The translations under genes were made by a program, and so were the position numbers. From a virus (Duplodnaviria; Caudoviricetes): 44,332 nucleotides of DNA. The stretch lies in the IMG/VR virus record IMGVR_UViG_3300027640_000006, positions 1 to 44,332 of that record. The stretch is one strand, 5' to 3'. The notes beneath the pieces are model-generated. The model was not told the origin of the DNA, did no database searches, and saw only the letters and a list, made by a program, of their open reading frames with translations. Positions 17,476-25,684 of this stretch are shown one piece after another. Position 1 is the first letter of the stretch. Each line of letters starts with the position of its first letter.

Positions 17476-18233
17476 TTGAGCCCCACACACTTCGGATCGA
17501 CCGAGCGATCGCGCCCGGCACAATCCGAACAGACGTTCACGATCCAGCCGCCCCGCGGGTCCTTCTGCTCGACGAAGGCGGCGCGGAAGTTGTCGCAGCG
17601 AGGGCACTGCCGCGGGAAGGGCGGGAAGTCGCCTTTCTTCACCTGGGCGAGAGTCCGTCCCGGATGCCACTCGAAGTGCGGCATGTCGACGAGCTTCTCG
17701 TCAGGATCCAGCTTCACGGGGATGCCGTCACCGTCCCAGTCGTTACCCCAGCGGGAGTCGGGCGACACCTCGAGCCAGACGCCGGCGATCGCCGCGTACA
17801 CCCTCTCGATCTCCCCCCAGGCCTTCCGCTTGTCGAGGTCGAGGTTCAGCGCATCCTTCGCGTCGGGTCCGGAGCGGAACCCGAGATCGACCGCGAGCCC
17901 CTCGATGTGCCAGGAGCTCAGGACGTTCGTCACGCGGCGGCTCCAGCGTGACTTGGCTACGCGCGTGGACTCCTTGCCGCAGCGGGCGACGACGACGTCG
18001 CCTTCGACGCGCGTCGTGACGAGCAGGCCGCTGTAGGTGAACGACGATCCGGCGGCGAGCCGCCCCTGCGCATAGAGGCACGCCTGGAGCTCGGCCGAGC
18101 GGCGCCCCTGCATGATGAAGACGTACAACCCGCGCTCGTAGCAGCGCTTCACTGCCTCGCGAACGATCGGCTGGAAGTAGGGGTGCAGCAGGTCGGCGCG
18201 CTCGAGCAGCGCCGTCTTTTCGTATCCGTTCAT
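17472..18233 (-). CDS. M15-family peptidase endolysin with C-terminal Cys4 motif
   Basis: QACLYAQGR, SWHIEGLAVD, WGNDW, DMPHFE; tail CPRC...CSDC. Confidence 0.88.
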   Translation of the reverse strand: MNGYEKTALLERADLLHPYFQPIVREAVKRCYERGLYVFIMQGRRSAELQACLYAQGRLAAGSSFTYSGLLVTTRVEGDVVVARCGKESTRVAKSRWSRRVTNVLSSWHIEGLAVDLGFRSGPDAKDALNLDLDKRKAWGEIERVYAAIAGVWLEVSPDSRWGNDWDGDGIPVKLDPDEKLVDMPHFEWHPGRTLAQVKKGDFPPFPRQCPRCDNFRAAFVEQKDPRGGWIVNVCSDCAGRDRSVDPKCVGLK

Positions 18234-18739
18234 CCGAGTCTTCCCTCCAGCACCCAGCCGCCCATGACGCTCCCGACCATCGCGAGATCGCCTCCCTCGT
18301 TGACCCCAAACCAGCGGCGTTCCGGCAGCTCGACCTTCTTCACCTTCCGGTACTCCAGCCCGTTCTCGCCCTGAAAGACGATCGTCAGATACTCGCCTGC
18401 CTTCGGCAGAATCGTTTTCCCGTACCAGTGGACCGCAGCGCGAATGTCGCTCGAGAAGAGGTCGAGGTCGCCGCCGCGCACCGAGGTGTGCAGCGAGCCC
18501 TGAAGGTTTCCCTCGGCGACCATCGTCTGGCCGCCTGTCGCCTGGGCGCGCTTCGACGGCTTCATCGGCCTGCCTTCGAAGTCGAGCCCGCGCGACAGGC
18601 GGTCCTCGTTGATGACGAGCAGCTCCTCGCCGATGAACCGGAGAGCCGGCCGCCGGTCCTTGAGCCGAGCCGCGACGCCCTGAACTTCCTTCACGAGCTG
18701 CGGCTGCCCGTCGATCAGCACCTCGAACTTCAAGGCCAT
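18230..18739 (-). CDS. Virion morphogenesis protein (Mu gpG-like)
   Basis: 169 aa; IGEELL...GNLQGSL...AAVHWYG...LPERRWFGV. Confidence 0.85.
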   Translation of the reverse strand: MALKFEVLIDGQPQLVKEVQGVAARLKDRRPALRFIGEELLVINEDRLSRGLDFEGRPMKPSKRAQATGGQTMVAEGNLQGSLHTSVRGGDLDLFSSDIRAAVHWYGKTILPKAGEYLTIVFQGENGLEYRKVKKVELPERRWFGVNEGGDLAMVGSVMGGWVLEGRLG

Positions 18740-18740
18740 C

Positions 18741-19229
18741 TCAGAACACCCCCTTGAGAGAGCTCCGCGTCATCCGCAGCGGCTCGGGAGCCTCGAAGAG
18801 GACCTCGTCGGCTGCGGCGTTCTCCGGAACGGACTTTTCGACGGCGCCGGCAATGAGCGTGCGGCGACCTCCGTCCGGGTGGGCGAGCGATCGCATCCAG
18901 GCAAGAAGGTCCTTCCGGATCGGCCGGAAGTAGCTGTAGCTGCCGCTCTCGCCGAGCCAGCCTTTGCGGGAGAGGAGGTAGTAGACGACGAGCTGTGCGA
19001 GCTGCGACTGCACGAAGGGCGGAACGCTGCCATCCGCCGTTCGCACGGGCGTGGGGTGGTAGATCGCTGCGTAGCTCTCGAATTCATCCTCGGCGAGCTT
19101 GAACGCCACGTTGAGTCCCGCCTCGGTCGGATTCTCGTCCGGGCTGTCGGTCAGCTCGGCGAGCGCCGACTTCTCGAGAACGCCCTCGAGCATCGCCTGC
19201 GTCAGCTCGTATCTGGTCACCAGCGCCAC
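18741..19229 (-). CDS. Head-tail adaptor (Mu gp36/DUF1320-like)
   Basis: 162 aa; LAELTD...ESYAAIYHPTPV...LVVYYLL. Confidence 0.78.
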   Translation of the reverse strand: MALVTRYELTQAMLEGVLEKSALAELTDSPDENPTEAGLNVAFKLAEDEFESYAAIYHPTPVRTADGSVPPFVQSQLAQLVVYYLLSRKGWLGESGSYSYFRPIRKDLLAWMRSLAHPDGGRRTLIAGAVEKSVPENAAADEVLFEAPEPLRMTRSSLKGVF

Positions 19230-19294
19230 TCGCGCCTCCCTCTCCCTCGCGCATCGAATGGGCGCCGATCGGATCCGATCGGCGCCCGGTCAGG

Positions 19295-19750
19295 TCACTC
19301 GTCGAACTTCGCCAGGATCGCCGCCTCGAGCTGGTCGAGGGTGACGCCGGCGCGGAATGCCGCCGTCCCGACGAAGGTCTCCTCGCCCAGGCGATACTCC
19401 GGACCGTCCGTCTTGAGAGCCCCGACCTTGCGGGCGAGGTTGGCCAGGCGATCGAAGGCGGCCGTCTTCGACGCCTCGCTCGGAGAGACCGGTGCGTCGG
19501 TGTCGACGAGGAAGCCGCTCCCGAGCAGCTTCTCGATCTGCGCCGCCGGCACTTCTCCTTCGGCGATCGTCGATCCCGGCTCGCGCACGTCGGCCTTACC
19601 GAGGCGGATCCGGCCGGCGACTTCGTACCGCTTCACGCGCTTCGGCTTCGGCGTCGGAGCAGGGACGACCTCCTTCGGAGTGTCGGTCGCTGCCGTCGTC
19701 TCGGCTGGTTTCGTGGTTTCTTTCTTCTGCTGCTGCGTCTTTCCTGACAT
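19295..19750 (-). CDS. Hypothetical protein following capsid
   Basis: 151 aa; GGGAGG RBS. Confidence 0.75.
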   Translation of the reverse strand: MSGKTQQQKKETTKPAETTAATDTPKEVVPAPTPKPKRVKRYEVAGRIRLGKADVREPGSTIAEGEVPAAQIEKLLGSGFLVDTDAPVSPSEASKTAAFDRLANLARKVGALKTDGPEYRLGEETFVGTAAFRAGVTLDQLEAAILAKFDE

Positions 19751-19786
19751 GGTTCGTTCCTCCCTTTCTCGCTGGAGCGCTCGAAT

Positions 19787-19812
19787 GAGGAGGCGACCGG
19801 AGTCGCCTCCTC
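19787..19812. terminator. Hairpin after capsid gene
   Basis: GAGGAGGCGAC-CGGA-GTCGCCTCCTC; no U-tract. Confidence 0.45.
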
Positions 19813-19832
19813 GCGGCGAACGCTGAAACGAA

Positions 19833-20783
19833 TCAGTCGATCGCGTCCGAGATGAGATAGCCGCGGTTGTCTGCCCGGACGTGGAGACCCCACTTGTCCT
19901 TGACGGCCTTCACCTCGGCATCGATCTCGTTGTTCCGATACTCCTCGGTGATCGGGTACCCCTTCCGGCGCGTGATCGCGCCCCAGAGCGGCTGATCGAT
20001 CGTCGGCTGGACCATCGGGCGGTAGCCGATCGCGACCTTCCCCCAGAGGTGGGCGAAGATCGTCGCCCGCGGGTCCTTCGGATTGAAGGTCTCGGCGAAC
20101 TTCCCGCGGAGGACCTTCACCTCGTTGCAGCCGAACTTGGCTGCGAGGTCGGCGAGCGTGGGATTGCGCGCGTCACCGTTCGCCGCCGTCACCTTCAGCT
20201 GCGGGTGATTGCGCAGCTTCGAGTAAACCTTGGGGCCGAGCGCGATGTTGAGCTCGTCGGCTTCGCAGTCGTGCACGAGCTCGAGCGCGTCGAGCATCGC
20301 GGTGACGTCCGCGAGAGGATCGGAGCCAACGAAGTCGTTCCAGCGAGCCGCGCCAACGAGCGCGGCCTTGTAGCCGACGGCGTACTTCGCCGGGTTCTGG
20401 AGATAGTCGGCGATCGTCTTCTCCATGAAGAGCTGCATGACGTGCGCGCCGAAGGTGGACTTTCGGTCCTCCCAGGCGGAGCGGTCGGCGACCTCCTCGC
20501 CCTCCTCGTCGAAGAGCGGAACGTTCACGCCGAACTTCACGGCGCGGTAGTCGCCCTTCGCGACCGTCATATCGATGTATTTCCGCGCGCTGCCGAGCGG
20601 CTGCTCGAGCCCGGCATGGATCACCGACGCATCCGGGCCGTACTCGGTGTAGACGCCGGCCTCCTTGTTCACCTCGACGATCGGCATGATCTCGCCGACG
20701 CCCACGAGGTTCGGCGCCCGGTAGCCGGACACCAGCTCGGTCGAATGGGGATCGACCACCCTCAGTTCCTGAAGCTTGCCCAT
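19833..20783 (-). CDS. Major capsid protein (lambda E-like fold)
   Basis: 316 aa from ATG 20783 with GGAGGAAGG RBS; VVDP...SDPLADV...LRNHP...GYLISDAI. Confidence 0.88.
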   Translation of the reverse strand: MGKLQELRVVDPHSTELVSGYRAPNLVGVGEIMPIVEVNKEAGVYTEYGPDASVIHAGLEQPLGSARKYIDMTVAKGDYRAVKFGVNVPLFDEEGEEVADRSAWEDRKSTFGAHVMQLFMEKTIADYLQNPAKYAVGYKAALVGAARWNDFVGSDPLADVTAMLDALELVHDCEADELNIALGPKVYSKLRNHPQLKVTAANGDARNPTLADLAAKFGCNEVKVLRGKFAETFNPKDPRATIFAHLWGKVAIGYRPMVQPTIDQPLWGAITRRKGYPITEEYRNNEIDAEVKAVKDKWGLHVRADNRGYLISDAID

Positions 20784-20866
20784 GATTTCCCTTCCTCCCA
20801 TCCGCCCCTCTGGGCGTCATGTTCGAAATCGAATTGCGTTACGTCACGTCAGGTTGAGGCGCCGAA

Positions 20867-21250
20867 TCAGACGACGCCGTAGTCGCTGCCGAGGAGAACC
20901 TCGACGATGTCGCCGGCCGCGCCGGTCTCGAGGAAAATGCAGTTCTTCGCGTGGCCGGCCGTGACGGCGGTGATCGCCTTGCCCGTCGCGTCCGAGGTGC
21001 CGTAGGTCCCGGCAACGCATCCGCCGGCGCCGACCTCTACGAGCTCGGTGCCGATCACGGTGACCGGCACCGCCTTGGCGGGAACCGCCACGAGCTCCTC
21101 GGCGGAAACCGCGTCGCGCGAGACACCGAGCGCCCTGGTGCCGGCGACGGTGATCTGGCTTCCATTGAGTCCGATGAACCGGTTCTCGGTGACCGCGGCC
21201 GCCGGGTTCCGCGGGATCGTCAGGATGGGTCTGGATCCGCCCTTCTTCAT
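20867..21250 (-). CDS. Capsid cement/decoration protein (DUF2190-like)
   Basis: 127 aa; RALGVS...VTVIGTELVEVG...GDIVEVLL. Confidence 0.8.
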   Translation of the reverse strand: MKKGGSRPILTIPRNPAAAVTENRFIGLNGSQITVAGTRALGVSRDAVSAEELVAVPAKAVPVTVIGTELVEVGAGGCVAGTYGTSDATGKAITAVTAGHAKNCIFLETGAAGDIVEVLLGSDYGVV

Positions 21251-21315
21251 GTTCGTCTCTCCTTCTTCGTCAGTCGGGTTGCGTTCTTGGGTTCAGGTCT
21301 CGTTGTGGAGAGGGC

Positions 21316-22056
21316 TTACTTCGCCGTCGCCAGCTCCTTGATGCGGAGCGAGTTGGCCGCGGTGTAGGAGACGCCCTTCTCCTTCATGATTTCCTTGTTG
21401 CGCGCGACGATCGCCGCCTTGTCCGGATCGACGAGGCGCTCGCCTTCCGGCGTCTCGATCGTCGCCTTCTGCGTCTCGCGCTCCGGAGCTGCCGGCGGCG
21501 CCGTGGTCGCGGAGACGGAGCCCTTGCTGCGCAGCTCCGGCATCTTCGCGAGCGTCGCCTCGGCGAGCGCGAAGTTCGAGGTCGCGATCTTCCGGAACTC
21601 TTCCTTCGTCGCCGGCGTGAGCTTGGTCGTGTTCGAGGCAAGGAGCTTCTCGACCCGGTCGGTCCTCGCCGTCTCGTCGAGCTCGGCGAGCCTGGCGAGC
21701 ACGCTCTCGTGCTCCTCCGCCGGGACCATGCCGTCGGGGTGGCGGAGCTGGATGACGGCCGCCGTCACGCTCGCGAGATCCGCGTCCGCCTCGACGCCGA
21801 GAAGGGTGAGGACCTCGGCCGATGCGACCGCCTCGCCCTTCTCCTTGAGTGCTGCCTCGACCCGGGCTTCGACCTCGGTCTCGGGTACGAAGCCGATCGC
21901 CGCGGCGATCGTCTCGCCGCTGGCCGGCTTGTCGGCCGCACTCTCGGAGTCGCCGACCGCATCGAGCATCCGCTGCCCGTGCTCGCGGACCTCCTCCGCC
22001 GTCGCCGTGTACGGCAGATTCAACATGTAAATCAGGGACTGCATCCAATCTCTCAT
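21316..22056 (-). CDS. Scaffold protein (Mu Z-like) from internal in-frame start
   Basis: AAGGGAGG 7 nt upstream of the in-frame ATG at 22056. Confidence 0.65.
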   Translation of the reverse strand: MRDWMQSLIYMLNLPYTATAEEVREHGQRMLDAVGDSESAADKPASGETIAAAIGFVPETEVEARVEAALKEKGEAVASAEVLTLLGVEADADLASVTAAVIQLRHPDGMVPAEEHESVLARLAELDETARTDRVEKLLASNTTKLTPATKEEFRKIATSNFALAEATLAKMPELRSKGSVSATTAPPAAPERETQKATIETPEGERLVDPDKAAIVARNKEIMKEKGVSYTAANSLRIKELATAK

Positions 22057-22632
22057 GCCCATTCCTCCCTTGGCAGATTTGCGTTCGTAGTTCGCGATGA
22101 GAGACGCCGCGATCTGTTCGGTGATCGGCGCCTGGTTATTCGTTCGCGGGGTGTTCGTGAGAGCGAGCGAGTGAAGGGCCACCACCCGTCGCGTTTTCTT
22201 GTCGAAGATCGCGACCGGCGAGTGGTAGCGGTACTGACCTTTCCGGATCTCCGCCTTCGCGTCCTCGGTCCACTCGACCGTCGCAATGAGTCCCTTATCC
22301 CCGGCGTCTTCGAGCGCCGTGATCCACCCGGCGGCGATCGCCTTCCGGCCGGTCGTCGACTCATGCTCGTAATCGATGACGATGTCGACGCCGTGCTTTT
22401 TCCAGTGCTCGATAACGGCAGCGCGCGACTCGGCGTCGGTGATCAGGTGCTTTCCGTCTTCGTCGTCGACGAGCTGCCAGTTCGGATGGGGAAAGACGAG
22501 GATCTTCTCCGGCGGCTCGCCGCCGATCGTGGCGATCGCTCGGCCGTCCGCGGCGGCGATCGCCGTCCACGGCCCGGCCGCCAGGCCAAAACGCCCCGAA
22601 TCCAGCCCCTTCACACCCGTTTTCCGTGTCAT
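21316..22632 (-). CDS. Mu gpI-like prohead protease with C-terminal scaffold
   Basis: IVIDYEHES, AAGWI, VEWT, YRYHSPV, SLALTNTP. Confidence 0.92.
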   Translation of the reverse strand: MTRKTGVKGLDSGRFGLAAGPWTAIAAADGRAIATIGGEPPEKILVFPHPNWQLVDDEDGKHLITDAESRAAVIEHWKKHGVDIVIDYEHESTTGRKAIAAGWITALEDAGDKGLIATVEWTEDAKAEIRKGQYRYHSPVAIFDKKTRRVVALHSLALTNTPRTNNQAPITEQIAASLIANYERKSAKGGMGMRDWMQSLIYMLNLPYTATAEEVREHGQRMLDAVGDSESAADKPASGETIAAAIGFVPETEVEARVEAALKEKGEAVASAEVLTLLGVEADADLASVTAAVIQLRHPDGMVPAEEHESVLARLAELDETARTDRVEKLLASNTTKLTPATKEEFRKIATSNFALAEATLAKMPELRSKGSVSATTAPPAAPERETQKATIETPEGERLVDPDKAAIVARNKEIMKEKGVSYTAANSLRIKELATAK

Positions 22633-22913
22633 TCGTCTTCTCCACCCAGCCGACCGGTCCGAATCGGCCGGATTTGGCCCTTACTCGGGCTTACTTTTCT
22701 CGATCCCTGCTCGACCCGTATCGACCCCGCGCCCATCGACCGGTCGCGGCGCAGGCGGCAACGTCGCGCAAAATCCCTGTTTCGCCCCTCGGGCCGCCAG
22801 GAATTTCCCGTGGCGCCGGCCGGATTGCTCCGTCTGATTCCGCTTCGGATGCCCCTCGTCGGCTGCCAACGGATCGGAAGGACGGACCGGAGGGCGAGGC
22901 TCCACTGTCCCTT

Positions 22914-24164
22914 TCATTCGCCCACCTCTCTCGGCAGCGCCGAGAACATCAGCCGGCCCGAGCGCTGCCGCTCTAGGTTGTTCCATCGGCTGTTCCGAAA
23001 GACGTTCGCCATGAGCCACCCGTCCGGGCTGAGATCGATGATCGCCAGCATCGGCTTCGCCTTCTCGTCATCGCCGCGGAACAGCTTCACGTATCGGCGA
23101 TGCGTCTTCCCGCCGGCGCGCTGCACGAGCCAGACTTCGGTTGGCTCCTCGAGTGTCGGAAGGATCCAGGAGAAGAACCGCACGCGGTCCTTCTTCCGCT
23201 CCTGGTCCGCCTCGCTCCTGAGCGTCCCGATGATCCGGTCGAAGCTTTCGCGGTTGACCCGCACTCCCTCGCCGAAGAGGTCGAGAACCGAGACGCTGGT
23301 CCCGTCCGAAGGGATGCCGATCTCCTTCTGGAAGTGCGTCCAGGCCTCGGCGATCGATGCGTCCGAGAAGTCCTCGAGATCGATCCACCGGTTCGGCGCG
23401 GGAGCGAGCGTCTTCACGTCCACCGCCTTCAATGCAGGGAGCCCGTAATCCTTCGCCGTCTTCGCCGGAAGCTCGGCGCCGATCGCGTTTGCTGCTTCGA
23501 CCAGCGCGCGATCGTCGGCCGTGACGAGACCAGGGCGCGAGTCGAACCCGGGATCCGGCATGATCCGTCGCCCGTCGACAAAGGGGTACGGCTGCCCGTC
23601 GCCCTCGTAGATCCCCGCTTCCTTCGCCTGCGCCTCGGTGAGCGAGGTCGGCTTCTTGTGCCGGTCGCGGTGATGGTTCGGCGGATAGATCGATTCCCAG
23701 ATCGGATCGTCGATGTGGGCGACGAGGCCGAGGAGTGGCCGGCAGATGTCGGAGAGGCGGTCATCGTTCGGCACGAGCGGATAGCGGAGGTAGGGGCGTG
23801 TCCCCTTCGTCTCCTGCATCTGCTTCCACCGGCCGGCCGAGACGCAGATGTTGTGGTGGTTCTGGAAGATCAGCTCCGAGTGGCCGCGCGAGAGCAGGAC
23901 TCCCTCGCGATCGGCGACGAGCTTCCGGATCTCTTCACCCAGCGCCTCCTTCGTCCACCCCTTTTCGATCGCTTCGACCGCGCGCTCGTAAGCCTCCTCG
24001 ATCGTCCGCCTCCGCGCGACGCCGGCGATCGTGAAGGCGCGCATCTTTGCCTCGCTCGACAGACCATCGAAGTCCGGACGCGTCATCGGCACGCGCTCCT
24101 GCGCATACTTCACCGCCTCGGCGAAGGGCTTGAGGACGTCGAGCTTGCGCACGGAGACCGTCAC
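22914..24164 (-). CDS. MuF head morphogenesis protein with C-terminal PBECR2-like nuclease domain
   Basis: RAFTIAGV, RPYLRY, WESIYPPN, PDPGFDSRPG, then PTLEEPTEVW...RRYVKLF. Confidence 0.85.
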   Translation of the reverse strand: MTVSVRKLDVLKPFAEAVKYAQERVPMTRPDFDGLSSEAKMRAFTIAGVARRRTIEEAYERAVEAIEKGWTKEALGEEIRKLVADREGVLLSRGHSELIFQNHHNICVSAGRWKQMQETKGTRPYLRYPLVPNDDRLSDICRPLLGLVAHIDDPIWESIYPPNHHRDRHKKPTSLTEAQAKEAGIYEGDGQPYPFVDGRRIMPDPGFDSRPGLVTADDRALVEAANAIGAELPAKTAKDYGLPALKAVDVKTLAPAPNRWIDLEDFSDASIAEAWTHFQKEIGIPSDGTSVSVLDLFGEGVRVNRESFDRIIGTLRSEADQERKKDRVRFFSWILPTLEEPTEVWLVQRAGGKTHRRYVKLFRGDDEKAKPMLAIIDLSPDGWLMANVFRNSRWNNLERQRSGRLMFSALPREVGE

Positions 24165-25684
24165 GATTCGGCCTCCTCGTCGGCTTCGCGACGGGCGAGC
24201 TCGTGCGCGGCGAGGGTCGATCCGTAGAGCACCTCGGCGAGGTCCTCGGTATCGACGCCGTCATAGTTCTGCCAGAGCAGATCCGCGAACTCTTCGATCG
24301 ACTCGGCCGCCTCGAGCTGTTCGAGCACCTCGTCCGTCATTGACTCGAGTGCGCGCTGGCCGAGCCGCGCGGTGACGCTTTCGACTTCGTCCGTGGTCGA
24401 TAGGCGCGGCTTCTTCGCCTCGATGCGCGCCTCTTTCTTCGACTCCGGATCCTCGGTCGTCGGAGACGCCGGCGCCTGGCGCTTCACGGTCTTCGGAATT
24501 CCCGAAACCTCGCGCACGTGATCGGGATCGATCGCCTCGCCGGCGGCCGCAAAGACTTCGTTCCATCCCTTGTAGGTGTCGGAGAGCGCCTTCTGATCTT
24601 CCGGCGGCTCCCACTTGAACTTGAGGAAAGGCAGCTCGCTGGTCTTGTCCCATCCGTGATGGAACCCGACCAGCGGCCGCATGAGATAGAAGCGAATGGT
24701 CGATGCCAGGCGCCGTGCGACCGCACGCAGGATCTTGAGGTTCGTCTTCCGCGCACCGTTGCCGGCGAGGGTTCCGGATCCCGGATCCGAGCTCGCCACC
24801 AGCTTGTGCCCGAGTAAGAGGACCGTGCCGGCGTCGTCGGCATACCCCTGCAGCTTCTCGTAGACCTGCACCGTGCCGTAACGCTGCGCCTCTTTGAGCT
24901 CGATCGCGGCCCCTTCTGGCAGGACGCCGACGAACTCGGCCGAGATCGCGCGAACCGCGTCGAGGAGCGAGTCCTTCTGATTCGGGTCGGAGTACTTCCC
25001 CGTCACGATCGGCTTGCCGAACTTCTCCGCGAACGCCAGCCAGTCGGTCACCGAGAACGTCTTGATCAGGTTGAGGATGACGACTGCCTTCCAGAGCGGG
25101 ACGCGCCGGTGGTACAGGATGAAGCCGTTCGCCGGGAGCTCGATCCCCTTACGCGGTTCATCTTTCGTCAGGAGCCGGATCTGATTGCGGTCGCGATCGC
25201 GCGTGAGTCGGACCGCATCGACGAGCTCGAATCCCGCCGGCAGCCACTCGTCGTTCCAGAGGGTCTCCGCCGCCTGGAAGGGATAGCACTCGCCGTACAC
25301 GAGGTGCTCGAGCAGGTCGTCCCACTCCTCGATCGCGTAGAGCTGCTCAGCGACCCAGGCGGCGCGCTTCGTGTGCTCGCCGCTCTTGCCGTCGTCGCGG
25401 AACGGGAGGACGTCCCATTCGAGCGAGGCGGCGTCGAGCACGAGGTCACGCACGACCGCAGCAATATGGGGATCGCGCTCGACGATCCGCTTCACCAGAA
25501 GCTGCTGCTCATGGAGAGGCGCGTCGTCGCGGAGGAGGCGGCCCGCGAGCTCGGGCGTCACGTCCCGCAGCTCCTTCATCGAGAACGGATCGCGGACGCG
25601 GCCGATCTGCGCCACGCTCTCGGGCGGCCGCTTCGCCGTCGAGACCGGCACTCCGTAGGCGTCATAGAGGATCGTCTCGGCCAT
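24161..25684 (-). CDS. Portal protein (Mu gp29/DUF935)
   Basis: 507 aa; ERDPHI, DWLAFAEKFGKPIVTGKY, LLLGHKL. Confidence 0.93.
   Translation of the reverse strand: MAETILYDAYGVPVSTAKRPPESVAQIGRVRDPFSMKELRDVTPELAGRLLRDDAPLHEQQLLVKRIVERDPHIAAVVRDLVLDAASLEWDVLPFRDDGKSGEHTKRAAWVAEQLYAIEEWDDLLEHLVYGECYPFQAAETLWNDEWLPAGFELVDAVRLTRDRDRNQIRLLTKDEPRKGIELPANGFILYHRRVPLWKAVVILNLIKTFSVTDWLAFAEKFGKPIVTGKYSDPNQKDSLLDAVRAISAEFVGVLPEGAAIELKEAQRYGTVQVYEKLQGYADDAGTVLLLGHKLVASSDPGSGTLAGNGARKTNLKILRAVARRLASTIRFYLMRPLVGFHHGWDKTSELPFLKFKWEPPEDQKALSDTYKGWNEVFAAAGEAIDPDHVREVSGIPKTVKRQAPASPTTEDPESKKEARIEAKKPRLSTTDEVESVTARLGQRALESMTDEVLEQLEAAESIEEFADLLWQNYDGVDTEDLAEVLYGSTLAAHELARREADEEAES

Noticed and set aside
22681-23019. 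Immunity gene for the MuF toxin
   Set aside because: ORF overlaps MuF by over 100 bp, has low-complexity R/G/P composition and no clear RBS
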